This document shows, piece after piece, positions 63,517-64,000 of a stretch of 64,000 bases of DNA. Position 1 is the first letter of the stretch; each line of letters begins with the position of its first letter. Location of the stretch: the IMG/VR virus record IMGVR_UViG_2061766007_002383. One strand, given 5' to 3'. Both the position numbers and the translations under genes were made by a program. The DNA is from an uncultured virus (IMG/VR IMGVR_UViG_2061766007_002383) (Duplodnaviria > Heunggongvirae > Uroviricota > Caudoviricetes). Under the pieces are notes generated by a model, which ran no database searches, had not been told where the DNA came from, and saw only the letters and a program-made list of their open reading frames with translations.

Positions 63517-64000
63517 ATGACTTCTCAATATGAGGAGAAAATAAGTAAACTTAAAAACGCATTAGAAAATGTATTTTTAAAACAATCACAAGGTAGCAAT
63601 AACGCTAATAAAAATGTCACAACAGATAACACTGGACACATAATATTTGAAGATAAAACAGATTATAATTATGGATATGTTGACGAAAATATGCATTTAC
63701 AATTAAAACAAGCATCGTTAGTATTAACAACTACACAACCAATTACAACAAAAGGACAAAATTTTACTTTATCAGCAAATTTGATAGATGAAAACAATGA
63801 GGTTATAAAAAGCGACGAAAAAATTACTTTTATACAAATAAATGAAAATGCAAATAATATAACATTAGACACTATAAATGTGAATACTGGTACTGGTATA
63901 GCCACTTTTACTTCTTCATGCAATACAACTGGTACTATTAAATATATAGCAAAATGTGGTGATTTAGAAAGTAATTATATAGAAATTAATAGTGTATTAT
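63517..64000 (+). CDS. Tail fibre/Ig-like protein, partial (runs off the right edge); begins MTSQYEEKISKLKNAL
   Basis: GGAGG RBS, ATG at 63517, frame open to the window end. Confidence 0.7.
   Translation, partial: MTSQYEEKISKLKNALENVFLKQSQGSNNANKNVTTDNTGHIIFEDKTDYNYGYVDENMHLQLKQASLVLTTTQPITTKGQNFTLSANLIDENNEVIKSDEKITFIQINENANNITLDTINVNTGTGIATFTSSCNTTGTIKYIAKCGDLESNYIEINSVL

Noticed and set aside
9450..63923. Many short antisense or alternate-frame ORFs inside the structural genes
   Set aside because: They are shadows of codon-biased long + strand genes.
41036..64000. Diversity-generating retroelement acting on the adhesins or fibres
   Set aside because: No reverse transcriptase and no repeat pair differing only at adenines was seen in this window.

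Overview
The window is part of a large, AT-rich tailed dsDNA virus (Caudoviricetes) with a contractile tail. The host is most likely a pseudomurein-walled methanogen (Methanobacteriales). This is inferred from transglutaminase-like Cys-His(-Asp) wall-peptidase domains, Methanobrevibacter-style adhesin repeats, GGTGA/GGAGA ribosome-binding sites and TATA-box promoters. Bases ~9180-64000 (+ strand) hold a morphogenesis module that runs off the right edge: terminase large subunit, portal, protease/scaffold, decoration protein, capsid, neck, sheath, tube, chaperone with a probable +1 frameshift, tape measure, baseplate, a 3688-aa wedge-adhesin and modular fibres. Bases 1-9064 (- strand) hold small accessory genes (ferredoxin, ASCH-like, gp88-like, HTH) separated by structured repeats, plus a ~2 kb non-coding stretch dense in hairpins. 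Four things stand out. (1) The ~2900-aa tape measure protein carries two R-S-E ADP-ribosyltransferase domains and a HExxH metallopeptidase bounded by short repeated motifs, which looks like an injected effector polyprotein. (2) tRNA-like cloverleaf/T-arm elements sit between the small left-arm genes. (3) There is a candidate ~1.4 kb structured ncRNA. (4) The baseplate hub appears duplicated and split, and each C-half carries different putative wall-lytic domains. All calls come from reading motifs by eye, with no database searches. Five N-gaps limit some conclusions.
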